This document shows, one piece after another, positions 7,824-18,049 of a stretch of DNA of 24,000 nt. The notes below the pieces were generated by a model that saw nothing but the letters and a program-made list of their open reading frames with translations, had not been told where the DNA came from and ran no database searches. Source of the DNA: Microcoleaceae cyanobacterium (lineage in GTDB: Bacteria; Cyanobacteriota; Cyanobacteriia; Cyanobacteriales; Microcoleaceae); the NCBI GenBank assembly GCA_049649525.1, contig JBARZE010000006.1, positions 103,887 through 127,886 on the forward strand, given 5' to 3'. Both the position numbers and the translations under genes were made by a program. How positions within the stretch are numbered: position 1 is the first letter of the stretch; every line of letters starts with the position of its first letter.

Positions 7824-7975
7824 ATCATAATATTAGCACAATTATTGAGTAATTTTACATAATATTAGTTAGATTTTTATTAACTGTTGCTACCCCAAGA
7901 GATACTTGAACTGTGAGAACATCGCAATAGTTCTAAGTCTAACAGAAACTAGAATTACTTAACCGATATTTTGCT

Positions 7976-9241
7976 ATGATTTTTAAAGCCAAAAATGATA
8001 TGAGTTTAACCGTTATTGTGATTGGAGGAGGTGCAGCGGGATTTTTTGCGGCTATTACCTGCGCCGCTACTTCTCCCCAGACTCGTGTGATTCTCCTCGA
8101 AGCCGGACGAGAGGCGTTAGGTAAAGTTAGGATTTCTGGGGGAGGACGGTGTAATGTGACTCACGCTTGTTTTGACCCGATACAATTTATTCATCATTAT
8201 CCGCGAGGGGGTAAAGCGTTACGGGGGGCGTTTACTCGGTTCCAAGCCAAAGATACGGTAGACTGGTTTACTCGTCGCGGGGTGAAGCTGAAAACAGAAG
8301 CCGATGGTCGGATGTTTCCCACAACGGATAATTCAGCCACTATTGTTAATTGTTTGATGCAAGCAGCAGAAAAAACAGGGGTGAAACTTAGAACGTCTGC
8401 CAGAGTCGCTGATATTCAATTTATCGGTACAGAACAACAGCCTCAATTTCAAGTCACATTAAAATCAGGAGAACAGTTAAAGTGCGATCGCTTACTTTTG
8501 GCGACTGGAAGTCAACCGATCGGATATCAATTTGCCCAACAACTCGGACATCAAATCATTCCGCCTGTTCCGTCTTTATTTACTTTCAAAATTAAAGATC
8601 CACGCTTACAAGATTTAGCCGGAATATCTGTTACAACCGCACAAGTACAATTACCGGGCTGTAAATTAGTACAAACGGGGCCTGTTTTAATCACTCACTG
8701 GGGCTTAAGCGGGCCTGCGGTTTTAAAACTTTCTGCTTGGGGGGCGCGTTTTTTACATGAGTGTGATTATCAGACTGCGTTAAAAGTGAATTGGTTACCG
8801 CAGATGAATTCTGAACAACTCAGAAAACATTTACTCAGTGTAAAATCTCAATATCCGAAAAAAGGGATTGCAGGTTATTGCCCCGTTGAATTACCCAAAC
8901 GGCTTTGGCAAAAATTAGTAGAATATTGTGAAATTAAACCGCAGCAAAAGTGGGCGGAATTATCGAAAAAACAACTGAATCAACTCATTCAAGAATTGAA
9001 TCAAGGTCAATATCAGATTTTAGGAAAAGGAATTTTTAAAGAAGAATTTGTCACCTGTGGCGGGGTGAATTTAAAACAAGTGAATTTTAAAACGATGGAA
9101 AGTCGCTGCTGTCAAGGGCTTTATTTTGCTGGAGAAATCCTAGATATTGATGGAATTACTGGAGGATTCAATTTTCAAAATGCTTGGACAACCGGATGGC
9201 TAGCGGGTCAAGGCATGAGTCAACCTAGAATCGAGAATTGA
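7976..9241 (+). CDS. HI0933/BaiN-family NAD(P)/FAD-dependent flavoprotein
   Basis: Dinucleotide-binding VIVIGGGAAGFFAAI. Family motifs SGGGRCNVTH and HWGLSGPAVL. C-terminal GLYFAGEILDIDGITGGFNFQNAWTTG. The start could instead be the ATG at 8000 (MSLTVIVIGGG). Confidence 0.9.
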   Translation: MIFKAKNDMSLTVIVIGGGAAGFFAAITCAATSPQTRVILLEAGREALGKVRISGGGRCNVTHACFDPIQFIHHYPRGGKALRGAFTRFQAKDTVDWFTRRGVKLKTEADGRMFPTTDNSATIVNCLMQAAEKTGVKLRTSARVADIQFIGTEQQPQFQVTLKSGEQLKCDRLLLATGSQPIGYQFAQQLGHQIIPPVPSLFTFKIKDPRLQDLAGISVTTAQVQLPGCKLVQTGPVLITHWGLSGPAVLKLSAWGARFLHECDYQTALKVNWLPQMNSEQLRKHLLSVKSQYPKKGIAGYCPVELPKRLWQKLVEYCEIKPQQKWAELSKKQLNQLIQELNQGQYQILGKGIFKEEFVTCGGVNLKQVNFKTMESRCCQGLYFAGEILDIDGITGGFNFQNAWTTGWLAGQGMSQPRIEN

Positions 9242-9430
9242 ATTATAGCAATTTAGTTTTGATTTGCGCCGAATCTCAACTGATGTAAAAATTCCAAAAT
9301 ACTTACTTCTGTTTCCTATTCCCTTTTACAGTAATATTTTCTGACGATTCAGATGAGATTGCTATAGTAAATCCTGTTAGTATTGACTTGATAGTATTTA
9401 GACTGAATTTAATAACTCATCACTCATAAC

Positions 9431-9865
9431 CTAATTAGCATGGGTTAACTTTTTAAGCTGTTCTAAGGTATTGACAGCGCTACAATGAATAATAGGGGTG
9501 AATTCCTGTAAGTTAGTCACCATCACTTCAACCGCTTTATTATCTAGATTTAAGTGAACTACCGCAGCAGTGGTTTGATTAATATTCGCAATCCAATATT
9601 CAGTTCCATCTAACACATCAATTTTATTTTGTGACTCTAATTCAATTAATGCATGTTCCTTAGGACTGGCACAGCTAGAATCTATCATTGTTCTAGCCCG
9701 TTCTACCATCCGCCCTACAGATTCAGCCTGCCAATTGTGATCTTGCGCCAGTTGACAAATCTCTCTTAACTCCATTTGCCCAAATTTTGTAGATAAAGGC
9801 AAAATCTGTAATGAACCGTCGGATTTTAGGAAGATTTTAGTTGGTTTTAGAGTTGCAAACATCAC
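9431..9865 (-). CDS. Hypothetical protein (144 aa), no recognisable family
   Basis: Isolated ORF flanked by about 190-bp and 396-bp non-coding regions. No motif that I can assign. Confidence 0.5.
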   Translation of the reverse strand: MMFATLKPTKIFLKSDGSLQILPLSTKFGQMELREICQLAQDHNWQAESVGRMVERARTMIDSSCASPKEHALIELESQNKIDVLDGTEYWIANINQTTAAVVHLNLDNKAVEVMVTNLQEFTPIIHCSAVNTLEQLKKLTHAN

Positions 9866-10261
9866 TGTTCTCCAGACTATTGATAGTTAGCTCATGTGTT
9901 GATTCCATATCCTTATCATCTCAGACAATTCTATAGAAGTCAGTGACGATTAACAAGTTTAATGGTGATATCCTAGGATAATACTAGTGAGTTTAGATCT
10001 CTATCTAGAATGATCTCTGTCTCACTTCTATTGTGATCTCGATCAAATTTACGGCTCAACTATAGACTGAACCCTATAATATGGGCGCTCAATCAATCTA
10101 TGTCAGATATGGCAAACGTAGCGCTTAGATCAACTCTGAACAATCTTGAAGAGTGCTTCCCAATCAAACTTAATATTAAGTAATCCGCAAAATTACTTAT
10201 CATCTGTTATAGTGATTTCTGATCGTTGACCCATCAATAAAAACCTAAATATACAAGATTA

Positions 10262-11587
10262 GTGAATTATTGGTTTTATTTTAAAAAAAGATTCGGTTTG
10301 CTGGCAATATTCTCTCAATTACGCAGAAAATTTTTGCGGTCATGGCGGTTAATACTAATCGGCATCATCACTCTAATTATACTGACCAGTGTATCTGTAT
10401 TTGGTCAACAACCTGTTACTGTTCGGTTTTTGGTTCAAGCAGCAGAGGCGAGTGATTTACAACCCTTAGTGAGCGACTTTAACGAAAAACACCCTGACAT
10501 TAATTTAGAAATTGTTACAGGCCCGGCCAATACTAATTTAATTGAAGACTTATATACTTCAGCTTTTTTACTGGGCGATTCTCCTTATGATTTAGTTTAT
10601 ATGGATATCGTCTGGGTACAAAAATTTGCCGCTGCTGGATGGTTAAAGGATTTGTCTGAATTGGTTAAACCAGAGGAACTTCAACCTTATCTTGAAAGTG
10701 TGATTCAAGGGGGAAGCTATCAAGATAAACTTTACAGAATGCCGTTTCGTGCTGATGGGGGGATGCTGTATTATCGCACGGATTTACTGAAAAAAATTGG
10801 GGCAAATCCACCGGACACTTTTGAAGAGTTAATCCAAACTTCTAAAACGTTACAACAACAAGATTTAATCCCCTGGGGTTATGTTTGGCAAGGGAAACAA
10901 TATGAAGGTTTATCTGCCATGTTTGTGGAAATTTTAGAAGGATATGGGGGGTTTTGGATTAACTCAGAGACCCAAGCTGTGGGACTGGATGAACCGGAAG
11001 CCATTCAAGCCGTTGAATTCCTGCGTCAAACCATCACAGAAGGGATTTCCCCAGAAGATGTTACCACTTATTCAGAAGAAGAAACCCGCTTACTATTTCA
11101 AAGTGGTCAAGCTGCTTTTTTACGCAATTGGCCGTATGTTTATGCCTTAGCCAGTGAGTCAGAAATTGCGGGTCAGTTTGCCATTAAACCCATGGTTCAT
11201 ATCCCCAGTTTAAATAGTGGCGCTTGTCTTGGGGGATGGGGTTTTGGAATCTCTAAAAGCTCTCCTCATTCTGATGCGGCTTGGCAGGTAATTCAATACT
11301 TTAATCAGGTTGATGTTCAACGTGATTTCTTCTTAAAAACTGGCTATGTTCCAGCCAGACAAGGCTTATTTACTGATGCTGAATTAGTGGCAAAATATCC
11401 GCACTTTCCTCGTTTATTAAATGTGATTGAAAATGCTGTGCTTCGTCCTCCTATTCCCCAATATGCTCAAGCCTCGGATATCCTGCAACGCTATCTCAGT
11501 GCGGCCTTAACCGGAAAAAGAACACCACCCGCTGCAATGAAAGCAGCCGCCCAGGAAACCCGAACTTTACTCGGAATTGAGTCTTAA
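10262..11587 (+). CDS. ABC transporter extracellular solute-binding protein (family 1, sugar type)
   Basis: N-terminal hydrophobic anchor or signal, followed by typical family-1 features (DLVYMDIVWV, YRTDLL, WGYVWQGKQYEG, NWPYV). It is the first gene of a four-gene operon. The start is GTG at 10262 or, giving a more typical signal peptide, TTG at 10334. Confidence 0.85.
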   Translation: MNYWFYFKKRFGLLAIFSQLRRKFLRSWRLILIGIITLIILTSVSVFGQQPVTVRFLVQAAEASDLQPLVSDFNEKHPDINLEIVTGPANTNLIEDLYTSAFLLGDSPYDLVYMDIVWVQKFAAAGWLKDLSELVKPEELQPYLESVIQGGSYQDKLYRMPFRADGGMLYYRTDLLKKIGANPPDTFEELIQTSKTLQQQDLIPWGYVWQGKQYEGLSAMFVEILEGYGGFWINSETQAVGLDEPEAIQAVEFLRQTITEGISPEDVTTYSEEETRLLFQSGQAAFLRNWPYVYALASESEIAGQFAIKPMVHIPSLNSGACLGGWGFGISKSSPHSDAAWQVIQYFNQVDVQRDFFLKTGYVPARQGLFTDAELVAKYPHFPRLLNVIENAVLRPPIPQYAQASDILQRYLSAALTGKRTPPAAMKAAAQETRTLLGIES

Positions 11588-11591
11588 TCTG

Positions 11592-12500
11592 ATGAAAACA
11601 AAAACCATTGCACAACGAGAACAACTCACAGGCTGGCTATTAATTGCGCCCGCTTTTATCCTACTAATATTAGTCTTTGTTTATCCGATTCTCCGGGCTT
11701 TTGTACTCAGCTTATATACAGAAAACTTAGGCACTCAATTACAACCTATTTTTTCCGGCTTTAATAATTATCAACGACTCCTGGGGGATGGTCGCTTTTG
11801 GCAGAGTTTATGGAATACTTCAATATTCACTTTAATTGCCATTACTATAGAATTAGTGATCGGTATGAGTATTGCTTTAGTCCTGAATCAAAGCTTTCGC
11901 GGACGAGGGTTTGTGCGGACAGTGGCGCTGATTCCTTGGGCATTACCTACTGCGGTGATGGGACTGGCTTGGGCTTGGATTTTTAACGGTCAATATGGGG
12001 TCGTCAATGACTTAATTCAACGCCTCGGTTTTATGGGAGAAAACTTAACCTGGCTTGGAGATCCCACTCGGGCGATGATGGCTTTAATTATTGCTGATGT
12101 TTGGAAAACAACCCCGTTTTTTGCCATTATTTTATTGGCGGGATTACAATCAATTTCCCAAGATTTATACGAAGCCCATAGTATTGATGGGGCAACCCCA
12201 TTACAAAGTTTTCGCCAGATTACAATCCCCCTATTAATGCCGCAAATTATTATTGCTTTGCTGTTTCGATTTGCCCAAGCATTTGGCATTTTTGACCTGG
12301 TACAAGTGATGACGGGTGGGGGGCCTGCTGGCTCAACAGAAATGGTTTCTATCTATATCTACGCCACGGTGAGGCGTTATTTAGATTTTGGCTATGGGGC
12401 AGCTTTGGTTGTGGTCACATTTTTACTCTTAATTCTAGCCGTGGCGATCGCCGCCTTTATCTTATCAAAAAGTCGAGTTAATGTTATCGGAGTCAAATAA
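11592..12500 (+). CDS. ABC transporter permease (MalF/UgpA-like)
   Basis: Multi-TM protein with the EAA loop region YEAHSIDGATPLQSFRQITIPLL. The ATG at 11592 lies 4 nt after the upstream stop. The ORF track start at 11577 is a TTG that overlaps the upstream gene. Confidence 0.9.
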   Translation: MKTKTIAQREQLTGWLLIAPAFILLILVFVYPILRAFVLSLYTENLGTQLQPIFSGFNNYQRLLGDGRFWQSLWNTSIFTLIAITIELVIGMSIALVLNQSFRGRGFVRTVALIPWALPTAVMGLAWAWIFNGQYGVVNDLIQRLGFMGENLTWLGDPTRAMMALIIADVWKTTPFFAIILLAGLQSISQDLYEAHSIDGATPLQSFRQITIPLLMPQIIIALLFRFAQAFGIFDLVQVMTGGGPAGSTEMVSIYIYATVRRYLDFGYGAALVVVTFLLLILAVAIAAFILSKSRVNVIGVK

Positions 12501-12501
12501 A

Positions 12502-13350
12502 ATGCCTAATACTTCCCCAAGCAAAAAACGCACACCCATTCTACTTTGGATAGGAGTCATTTTAACAATTATATTTTGTCTAGCGCCTGTATTGTGGCAG
12601 TTACTCACTTCTTTTAAAACCAATGATGCCATTCAGGCAATTCCCACTATTTACTTCCCCAATGTTAATCAATTTACCCTGAATCATTATATTCAATTAG
12701 GTTTAACTTTTATACGATATATTTTTAATAGTGCGCTTGTGTCTTTGACTTCAACGGCGCTTTGTTTAGCGATTGGCGCACCTGCTGCCTATACACTGGC
12801 TCGGTTAAAGCTACCCGGAGAAAATATTATTTTATCCTTTGTTCTGATTGTCAGTTTATTTCCTTATGTTTTACTGTTTCTCGGCTTACTAGAAGTCGTA
12901 AAATTCTTTAACTTAGGCAACAACTATATCGCCTTAATTGTTCCTTATACCGCTATCAATTTACCTTTAACCTTACTCATTCTCCGCAGCTTCTTTCAAC
13001 AACTCCCAAAAGATTTAGAAGATTCTGCTAAAATTGATGGCTATACGACTCTATCGATGTTATGGCATATTGTTTTACCCATGACAGTTCCAGCTTTAGT
13101 CACGACTGGAATTCTCACCTTTATTTTTGCTTGGAATGAGTTTATTTTTGCCCTCACCTTTATAACGAATGAATCCCTTTATACTATTCCGGTGGCTGTT
13201 GCCCAAATTGGTGGAAGTTCAGTCTATGAAATCCCCTATGGTCCGATTGCAGCGGCTACGGTGGCCGGGACTTTACCCTTAGTGATTTTAGTGCTTTTAT
13301 TCCAACGACGGATTGTTCAAGGCATTACAGCCGGGGCCGTGAAAGGTTAA
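12502..13350 (+). CDS. ABC transporter permease (MalG/UgpE-like)
   Basis: Multi-TM protein with the EAA loop EDSAKIDGYTTLSMLWHIVLPM. The ATG at 12502 lies directly after the upstream stop. The ATG at 12481 is an overlapping alternative. Confidence 0.9.
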   Translation: MPNTSPSKKRTPILLWIGVILTIIFCLAPVLWQLLTSFKTNDAIQAIPTIYFPNVNQFTLNHYIQLGLTFIRYIFNSALVSLTSTALCLAIGAPAAYTLARLKLPGENIILSFVLIVSLFPYVLLFLGLLEVVKFFNLGNNYIALIVPYTAINLPLTLLILRSFFQQLPKDLEDSAKIDGYTTLSMLWHIVLPMTVPALVTTGILTFIFAWNEFIFALTFITNESLYTIPVAVAQIGGSSVYEIPYGPIAAATVAGTLPLVILVLLFQRRIVQGITAGAVKG

Positions 13351-13381
13351 TTAAATCAATTGCAATTCTCACAATTATATT

Positions 13382-14461
13382 ATGGCTAAACTTGAATTAA
13401 ACAGTCTTCGTAAACAATTTGGCTCTCAAATTGTCCCGGTTAAAGATATCACGATAGAAGTCGAGGATGGGGAATTTCTGACTTTGCTTGGCCCCTCTGG
13501 CTGCGGTAAATCGACTTTATTACGTCTGATAGCCGGACTCGAACAACCGACGAAAGGAACGGTTAAAATTGGCGGGCAAAATGTCACCTCGATTCCGCCG
13601 GGAAAACGTAATATTGCCATGGTGTTTCAAAGCTACGCCCTTTATCCTCATATGACGGTTTCTGATAATATTTCTGCGGCTTTGAAGTTACGGAAAATCC
13701 CCCCTGGAGAAATTCAACAACGAGTGTATCAAGTCGCGGAAAAATTAGGCTTAGAAGACTTACTCAATCGCAAACCCGGTCAACTTTCAGGCGGACAACG
13801 ACAACGGGTGGCTTTAGCCCGTTCGTTAGTCAGGGAACCGGATGTTTTTCTGCTGGATGAACCTTTGAGTAATTTGGATGCATTATTAAGAGAACAAGTG
13901 CGGGCTGATTTAAAACAACTGTTTAATACCCAACAAAAGCCTGTTGTTTATGTCACCCATGACCAAACCGAAGCCATGACGCTGTCGAGTAAAATTGCGA
14001 TTTTATATGATGGATATCTGCAACAACTCGCTTCACCTCATGAAATTTATACAACTCCCGCTAATCAATTTGTCGCTGGGTTTGTGGGGAGTCCACAGAT
14101 GAATTTACTGCCGTTAAAAATAGAAAATAACAGTGCTGTTTTAGGAGAGCATCAAATTCCTTTGCCCCCCTCTTCTCAACTGAGATCGAGTTTAAAGCAA
14201 GGAATGATTACCCTCGGGATTCGTCCGGAAGATATTAAACTCACAACAGCAGAAGATCGCAATGGCATTGAAGGCCGAATTTTCTTGATTGAAGATTTAG
14301 GAAAAGAAAAGCTACTGAGTGTGCAAGTGAATCACTCCGAACAAACCTTGCGCCTAATGGTTCCAGCAGACCAAACTTGGGAGGGTGTTGGGGTGAAGTT
14401 AGTCCTGTCGCCTCAACAAACCCATTGGTTTAATAGTGAAACTGGGGAGAGAATTGAATGA
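13382..14461 (+). CDS. ABC transporter ATP-binding protein (MalK/UgpC/MsmX type)
   Basis: Walker A GPSGCGKST, Q-loop, signature LSGGQRQRV, Walker B FLLDEPLS and H-loop VTHD. It also has the C-terminal MalK-like regulatory/TOBE domain. Confidence 0.95.
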   Translation: MAKLELNSLRKQFGSQIVPVKDITIEVEDGEFLTLLGPSGCGKSTLLRLIAGLEQPTKGTVKIGGQNVTSIPPGKRNIAMVFQSYALYPHMTVSDNISAALKLRKIPPGEIQQRVYQVAEKLGLEDLLNRKPGQLSGGQRQRVALARSLVREPDVFLLDEPLSNLDALLREQVRADLKQLFNTQQKPVVYVTHDQTEAMTLSSKIAILYDGYLQQLASPHEIYTTPANQFVAGFVGSPQMNLLPLKIENNSAVLGEHQIPLPPSSQLRSSLKQGMITLGIRPEDIKLTTAEDRNGIEGRIFLIEDLGKEKLLSVQVNHSEQTLRLMVPADQTWEGVGVKLVLSPQQTHWFNSETGERIE

Positions 14462-14650
14462 TTATGATCCCTAAATAGAGTTTGAGGCGATCAATTGATA
14501 TAGACGCTGCTGCAGAAATGCTTTCACCTATTCTCTACCGAGACAGGCTGGTTTACATGATTTTTGCTGCTAATAATGTTAATAAATGTTAAATTATAAG
14601 AATATAGTCGTTTTACCGTAACCTATAAAGGAGAGAACTGAAGGAAGATA

Positions 14651-15043
14651 ATGTTACATCAACCTATTTCCAACGATCGCGCTCTCAATCAATCCTTCTA
14701 CCAAACACTGATTAATCACTTCATTGATCATTTAAATTCCACAACACAAACTTTAGTCGCAGATTGTCGTATTGGTATTGCGCCGAATGCTGCCGGGGTG
14801 AAAACCTTTTTTCTGATCGCCTCGGATGCCGCCACCGCCGATCAACTGATTCAACAGAAAAGCCATATCTTACACCAAATGCATAGCTTAATGGTGGGTA
14901 TCGGACAACTGGCTATTTGTATCGAACCACAGCAAAATCCGACTGAACAAGCCCAATATAGTTCTTGCATTGAGAGTCAGTCGGACCACAGCTTACCCCA
15001 ATATATGATGTGTCAGATTTTTCAGTTACCTGAAGTTTCTTAG
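14651..15043 (+). CDS. Hypothetical protein (130 aa), no recognisable family
   Basis: ORF with ATG preceded by GGAGAGAACTGAAGGAAG. It converges on the GT2 gene with only 4 nt between the stop codons. Confidence 0.45.
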   Translation: MLHQPISNDRALNQSFYQTLINHFIDHLNSTTQTLVADCRIGIAPNAAGVKTFFLIASDAATADQLIQQKSHILHQMHSLMVGIGQLAICIEPQQNPTEQAQYSSCIESQSDHSLPQYMMCQIFQLPEVS

Positions 15044-15047
15044 AATG

Positions 15048-16127
15048 TTATGGACTGTCATTGATTTGAGTCGCGTGATTAACAGTTGTTTGACTGGGTT
15101 GAACTGCTGTTCGGGGAGTTGGGCCACGCTTGACGACTTCGCGAACTCGGTAAATCGGTCGATCTTGTGATTCATGATAGGTTCGCATCAGTAATTCTGC
15201 CAGCAAACCAAAGCAAAACAGTTGAATCCCGGTGATGGTCAATAACACGGAGAAATTGAGTAAAGGACGATTACCAATGGCTTCTCCCAAAACGTATTTC
15301 ACAAAGGTCAAGTAACCACCGAAGGCAACTCCTAATACGAGGGAAATTAAACCCAGTAACCCAAATACGTGCATGGGTCGAGTCAGGAATTTTTTCATAA
15401 AAGAAATGGTTAGCAAATCCATCACGACTCGGAACGTACGGTCTATTCCGTATTTACTCTTACCATACTGACGCGCGTAATGTTTAACCGTGACTTCTGT
15501 GATTCTTGCGCCTTCAATGGCGGCCAAAGCAGGTAAAAAGCGGTGAAGTTCGCCGTACAGTTTCATATCTGCGGCGACATCGGCTCGATAGGCTTTGAGA
15601 GAACAACCGTAATCATGAAGCTTGACATCGGTCATTTTTCCAATCAAGCGATTGGCAATTCTTGAGGGCAAAACCCGGATAAAATAACTCTCATTTTTCT
15701 CTCGTCCTTTGCGCCAACCACTCACCACGTCATAGCCTTTATTTAACTCCTCGATCAGCATGGGAATATCGGCTGGATCGTTTTGCAAGTCTCCATCCAA
15801 GGTGACCACCACATCACCGACCGCATGATTAAACCCCGCCGACATGGCCGGAGTTTGACCATAGTTACGACGTAAGATAACAGCTTTGAGAAAAGAACGT
15901 TGAGCAGCTTCTTGTCTGAGTAAGTCTGTAGAGCCATCTGAAGAACCATCATCAACACAAATTAATTCATAGCTGTATTCAGTCGATCCCAAAGTTTCCT
16001 CAATTTTATCTAGTAGTTTGGGTATGCTTTCTACCTCGTTATAGATGGGAACCACAACTGAGACTTGAGGCTTTTGAGACGGCTCAGTCGGAGATGAGAT
16101 CAGTTGATCAATTTGGGAAGTATTCAT
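15048..16127 (-). CDS. GT2 polyprenyl-phosphate glycosyltransferase (ArnC/GtrB/DPM1-like)
   Basis: VSVVVPIYNE, VDDGSSDGS, RNYGQTPAM and DGDLQNDP (DxD region). Two C-terminal TM helices (VFGLLGLISLVLGVAFGGYL, LLTITGIQLFCFGLLAELL) are typical of lipid-carrier sugar synthases. Confidence 0.9.
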   Translation of the reverse strand: MNTSQIDQLISSPTEPSQKPQVSVVVPIYNEVESIPKLLDKIEETLGSTEYSYELICVDDGSSDGSTDLLRQEAAQRSFLKAVILRRNYGQTPAMSAGFNHAVGDVVVTLDGDLQNDPADIPMLIEELNKGYDVVSGWRKGREKNESYFIRVLPSRIANRLIGKMTDVKLHDYGCSLKAYRADVAADMKLYGELHRFLPALAAIEGARITEVTVKHYARQYGKSKYGIDRTFRVVMDLLTISFMKKFLTRPMHVFGLLGLISLVLGVAFGGYLTFVKYVLGEAIGNRPLLNFSVLLTITGIQLFCFGLLAELLMRTYHESQDRPIYRVREVVKRGPTPRTAVQPSQTTVNHATQINDSP

Positions 16128-16465
16128 TTGATTTTGAGAAGCGATTAAGGATTACTGAGAAGTCCAAGTTATGTGAATGAATATCAAAGTAGGCAGATTC
16201 AAATTTTAGTGAAGTACGTTGAGAATTGACCCGTACGAGAGACATTCAGTTACCCTGATATATTCAAGACCGTCGATGTACATTAGCCTTCAGTCTTTAG
16301 TTTACTGCAATATGACGCTGATTATCATCATAGAGATTGACCATTTTCTGCTATCTTGTCTTTGAGAACATCAGGGTAATCAAATTCTTATCTGTTGATT
16401 CTGTCACTGTCTCCCGCAAATTAATAAGTTGATTCATTCACTTCATCGGCAGATTCAATTATGAC

Positions 16466-18049
16466 TTAATCCGAATTAGAATTAACTAGAAAAACTTTCA
16501 CTGGCTCGAATTCTAAACTTTGAAAAGTGGTCTGACTTTCTTGAGTAAAATCATCTCCAACTAAAGTTTCAAATATATTTTCTATTCCTGCTTGATCGCG
16601 GCAAAATAGCCAACAGACTAACCACAAACGGGATTCTACAACAGGAATATATTCGAGTTCTTGCTTAATTTCAGAGATCGATAACGAATCAAGGCTGGGT
16701 TTATTAATCGGATATAACGGAGCGGCTCCTTCGTAATATCGGGGTAAAGATTGATCAAAAAACCGCCTAGGGGAATAATAAACAATCACATCATTGGGCT
16801 GTTGGTTTTGTTGTAGCAACTGAGCTACACCTTGCCAATCATTACGGTACAAAGTAGTGTAATAATCTGTTAAACCCCCACTGACCGCAATTAAATAAGC
16901 CGCAATAATTGCGATCGCAGCAGGTTTGCGCCAATTCCAAACCACCAGAAAGCTACCCGCTACCAAGATCAAAAAGTAAGGGGCGATGAACATGAGGTAG
17001 CGAGGAAACCAAATTGAACCTTTCAGATAAGATACAACGAAAGTGGCGATCGCCGGGATAAACGCCCAAGCGGCTAACCATACCACCCGTTCTGAAGGAT
17101 GCCGCAATACTGCCAGGACAGCCAGACCCAGTAGTCCACAAAGTAAAGCCGTAAATCCGGCATAAAATACTAATGTCAGGACTTGCCCTTGAGCAGTGAA
17201 TAGATTACTCAGTAAAGAGGCATCTCCTAGCTCCCCTTTTTCGAGGAAAATTTGATTAGATTTGAGTAAATATCGCAATGGCCAATAGACCACAAACTGC
17301 GTGATCATCCCCACTACTTGTAAGATGCCGGGTTTGGAATACTCTCCCACCTGGCTCTCCATAAACTGGTCTGAAACGCCTCCGAAGGTCAACGCCCAAA
17401 ATGGCGGCAGAAAGAATAAACCCGTAATGGCAAACCCGACAGCAAAAGTGAATAGAGTCCGAATTTTGGCGCGATAGGTCCAACAAACAATCAGTAAATC
17501 TGGCAATACAATCAGAACTGTATTGACATTGGTAATTAATAATGCGGTACGAGCCACTGTCCAACAGGCAAGCGATGGAAGTGTCGGATGTTCTAGGGCA
17601 TAACTTAAGGCCAAAGTCCCGGCTAAACTCAGAAAACTCACCAAGGTATACATCCGAATTTCTTGGGAGTGATTGATAAATAAGGGCGATACTGCCATTA
17701 ATAGGGCGGCAATTTCTCCCGTTGGCTTTCCGACTAAACGACGACCCAGTTGATAGGTTAAGAAGACACTGGCAATGCCTAAAATGACGGATAATCCTCT
17801 TAACCAGACATCGCTGGTACCCAGTTTCATCCAACCCGCGAGTAGTACGAAATAGAAGGGACGAACATAAGGTAATGTTAATAGCTCATTCAGGCGGCCA
17901 GCGTCCCCAATACTCAACATTTCATCGATCCAGAGGCTTTCTGTTCCCAGCTGATACAGCCGTAGTCCGGTGGCTAGCAACATAATCATCCCTATCGGTA
18001 GCCAAGGGGGGAGCTGAATCGCTTTGATGGCGGTCTGTCTTTGCTTCAT
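16466..18049 (-). CDS. GT-C fold membrane glycosyltransferase, GT39/ArnT-PMT_2-like
   Basis: About 11-13 predicted TM segments. It has an early loop motif SLWIDEM (D42-E43), as in ArnT/PMT enzymes, and a soluble C-terminal domain of about 130 aa. Confidence 0.8.
   Translation of the reverse strand: MKQRQTAIKAIQLPPWLPIGMIMLLATGLRLYQLGTESLWIDEMLSIGDAGRLNELLTLPYVRPFYFVLLAGWMKLGTSDVWLRGLSVILGIASVFLTYQLGRRLVGKPTGEIAALLMAVSPLFINHSQEIRMYTLVSFLSLAGTLALSYALEHPTLPSLACWTVARTALLITNVNTVLIVLPDLLIVCWTYRAKIRTLFTFAVGFAITGLFFLPPFWALTFGGVSDQFMESQVGEYSKPGILQVVGMITQFVVYWPLRYLLKSNQIFLEKGELGDASLLSNLFTAQGQVLTLVFYAGFTALLCGLLGLAVLAVLRHPSERVVWLAAWAFIPAIATFVVSYLKGSIWFPRYLMFIAPYFLILVAGSFLVVWNWRKPAAIAIIAAYLIAVSGGLTDYYTTLYRNDWQGVAQLLQQNQQPNDVIVYYSPRRFFDQSLPRYYEGAAPLYPINKPSLDSLSISEIKQELEYIPVVESRLWLVCWLFCRDQAGIENIFETLVGDDFTQESQTTFQSLEFEPVKVFLVNSNSD

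Larger units (their letters stand above)
6476..7975 (-). mobile_element. Solo tnpB insertion element (IS200/IS605-IS607 superfamily, no tnpA); coordinates are maximal bounds only
   Basis: tnpB fills the hom to flavoprotein intergenic space. The flanks of 151 bp (6476-6626) and 152 bp (7824-7975) are non-coding. I could not define the exact ends or the TAM/target site by eye. Confidence 0.6.

Noticed and set aside
9244-9366. 9-bp inverted repeat TATAGCAAT/ATTGCTATA about 105 nt apart between convergent genes, and a similar 10-bp pair TTACCCTGAT/ATCAGGGTAA at 16250-16259 / 16370-16379
   Set aside because: The arms are short and the loops long. The chance expectation within each spacer is roughly 5-7%. 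There are no flanking direct repeats or other MITE hallmarks, so support is insufficient.
17256-17834. 192-aa ORF, and the 62-aa ORF at 16953-17141, on the minus strand inside the GT-C gene
   Set aside because: They are alternative frames of the 527-aa membrane glycosyltransferase. Their composition is Arg/Cys/Ser-rich and resembles no known family, as is typical of off-frame translation.
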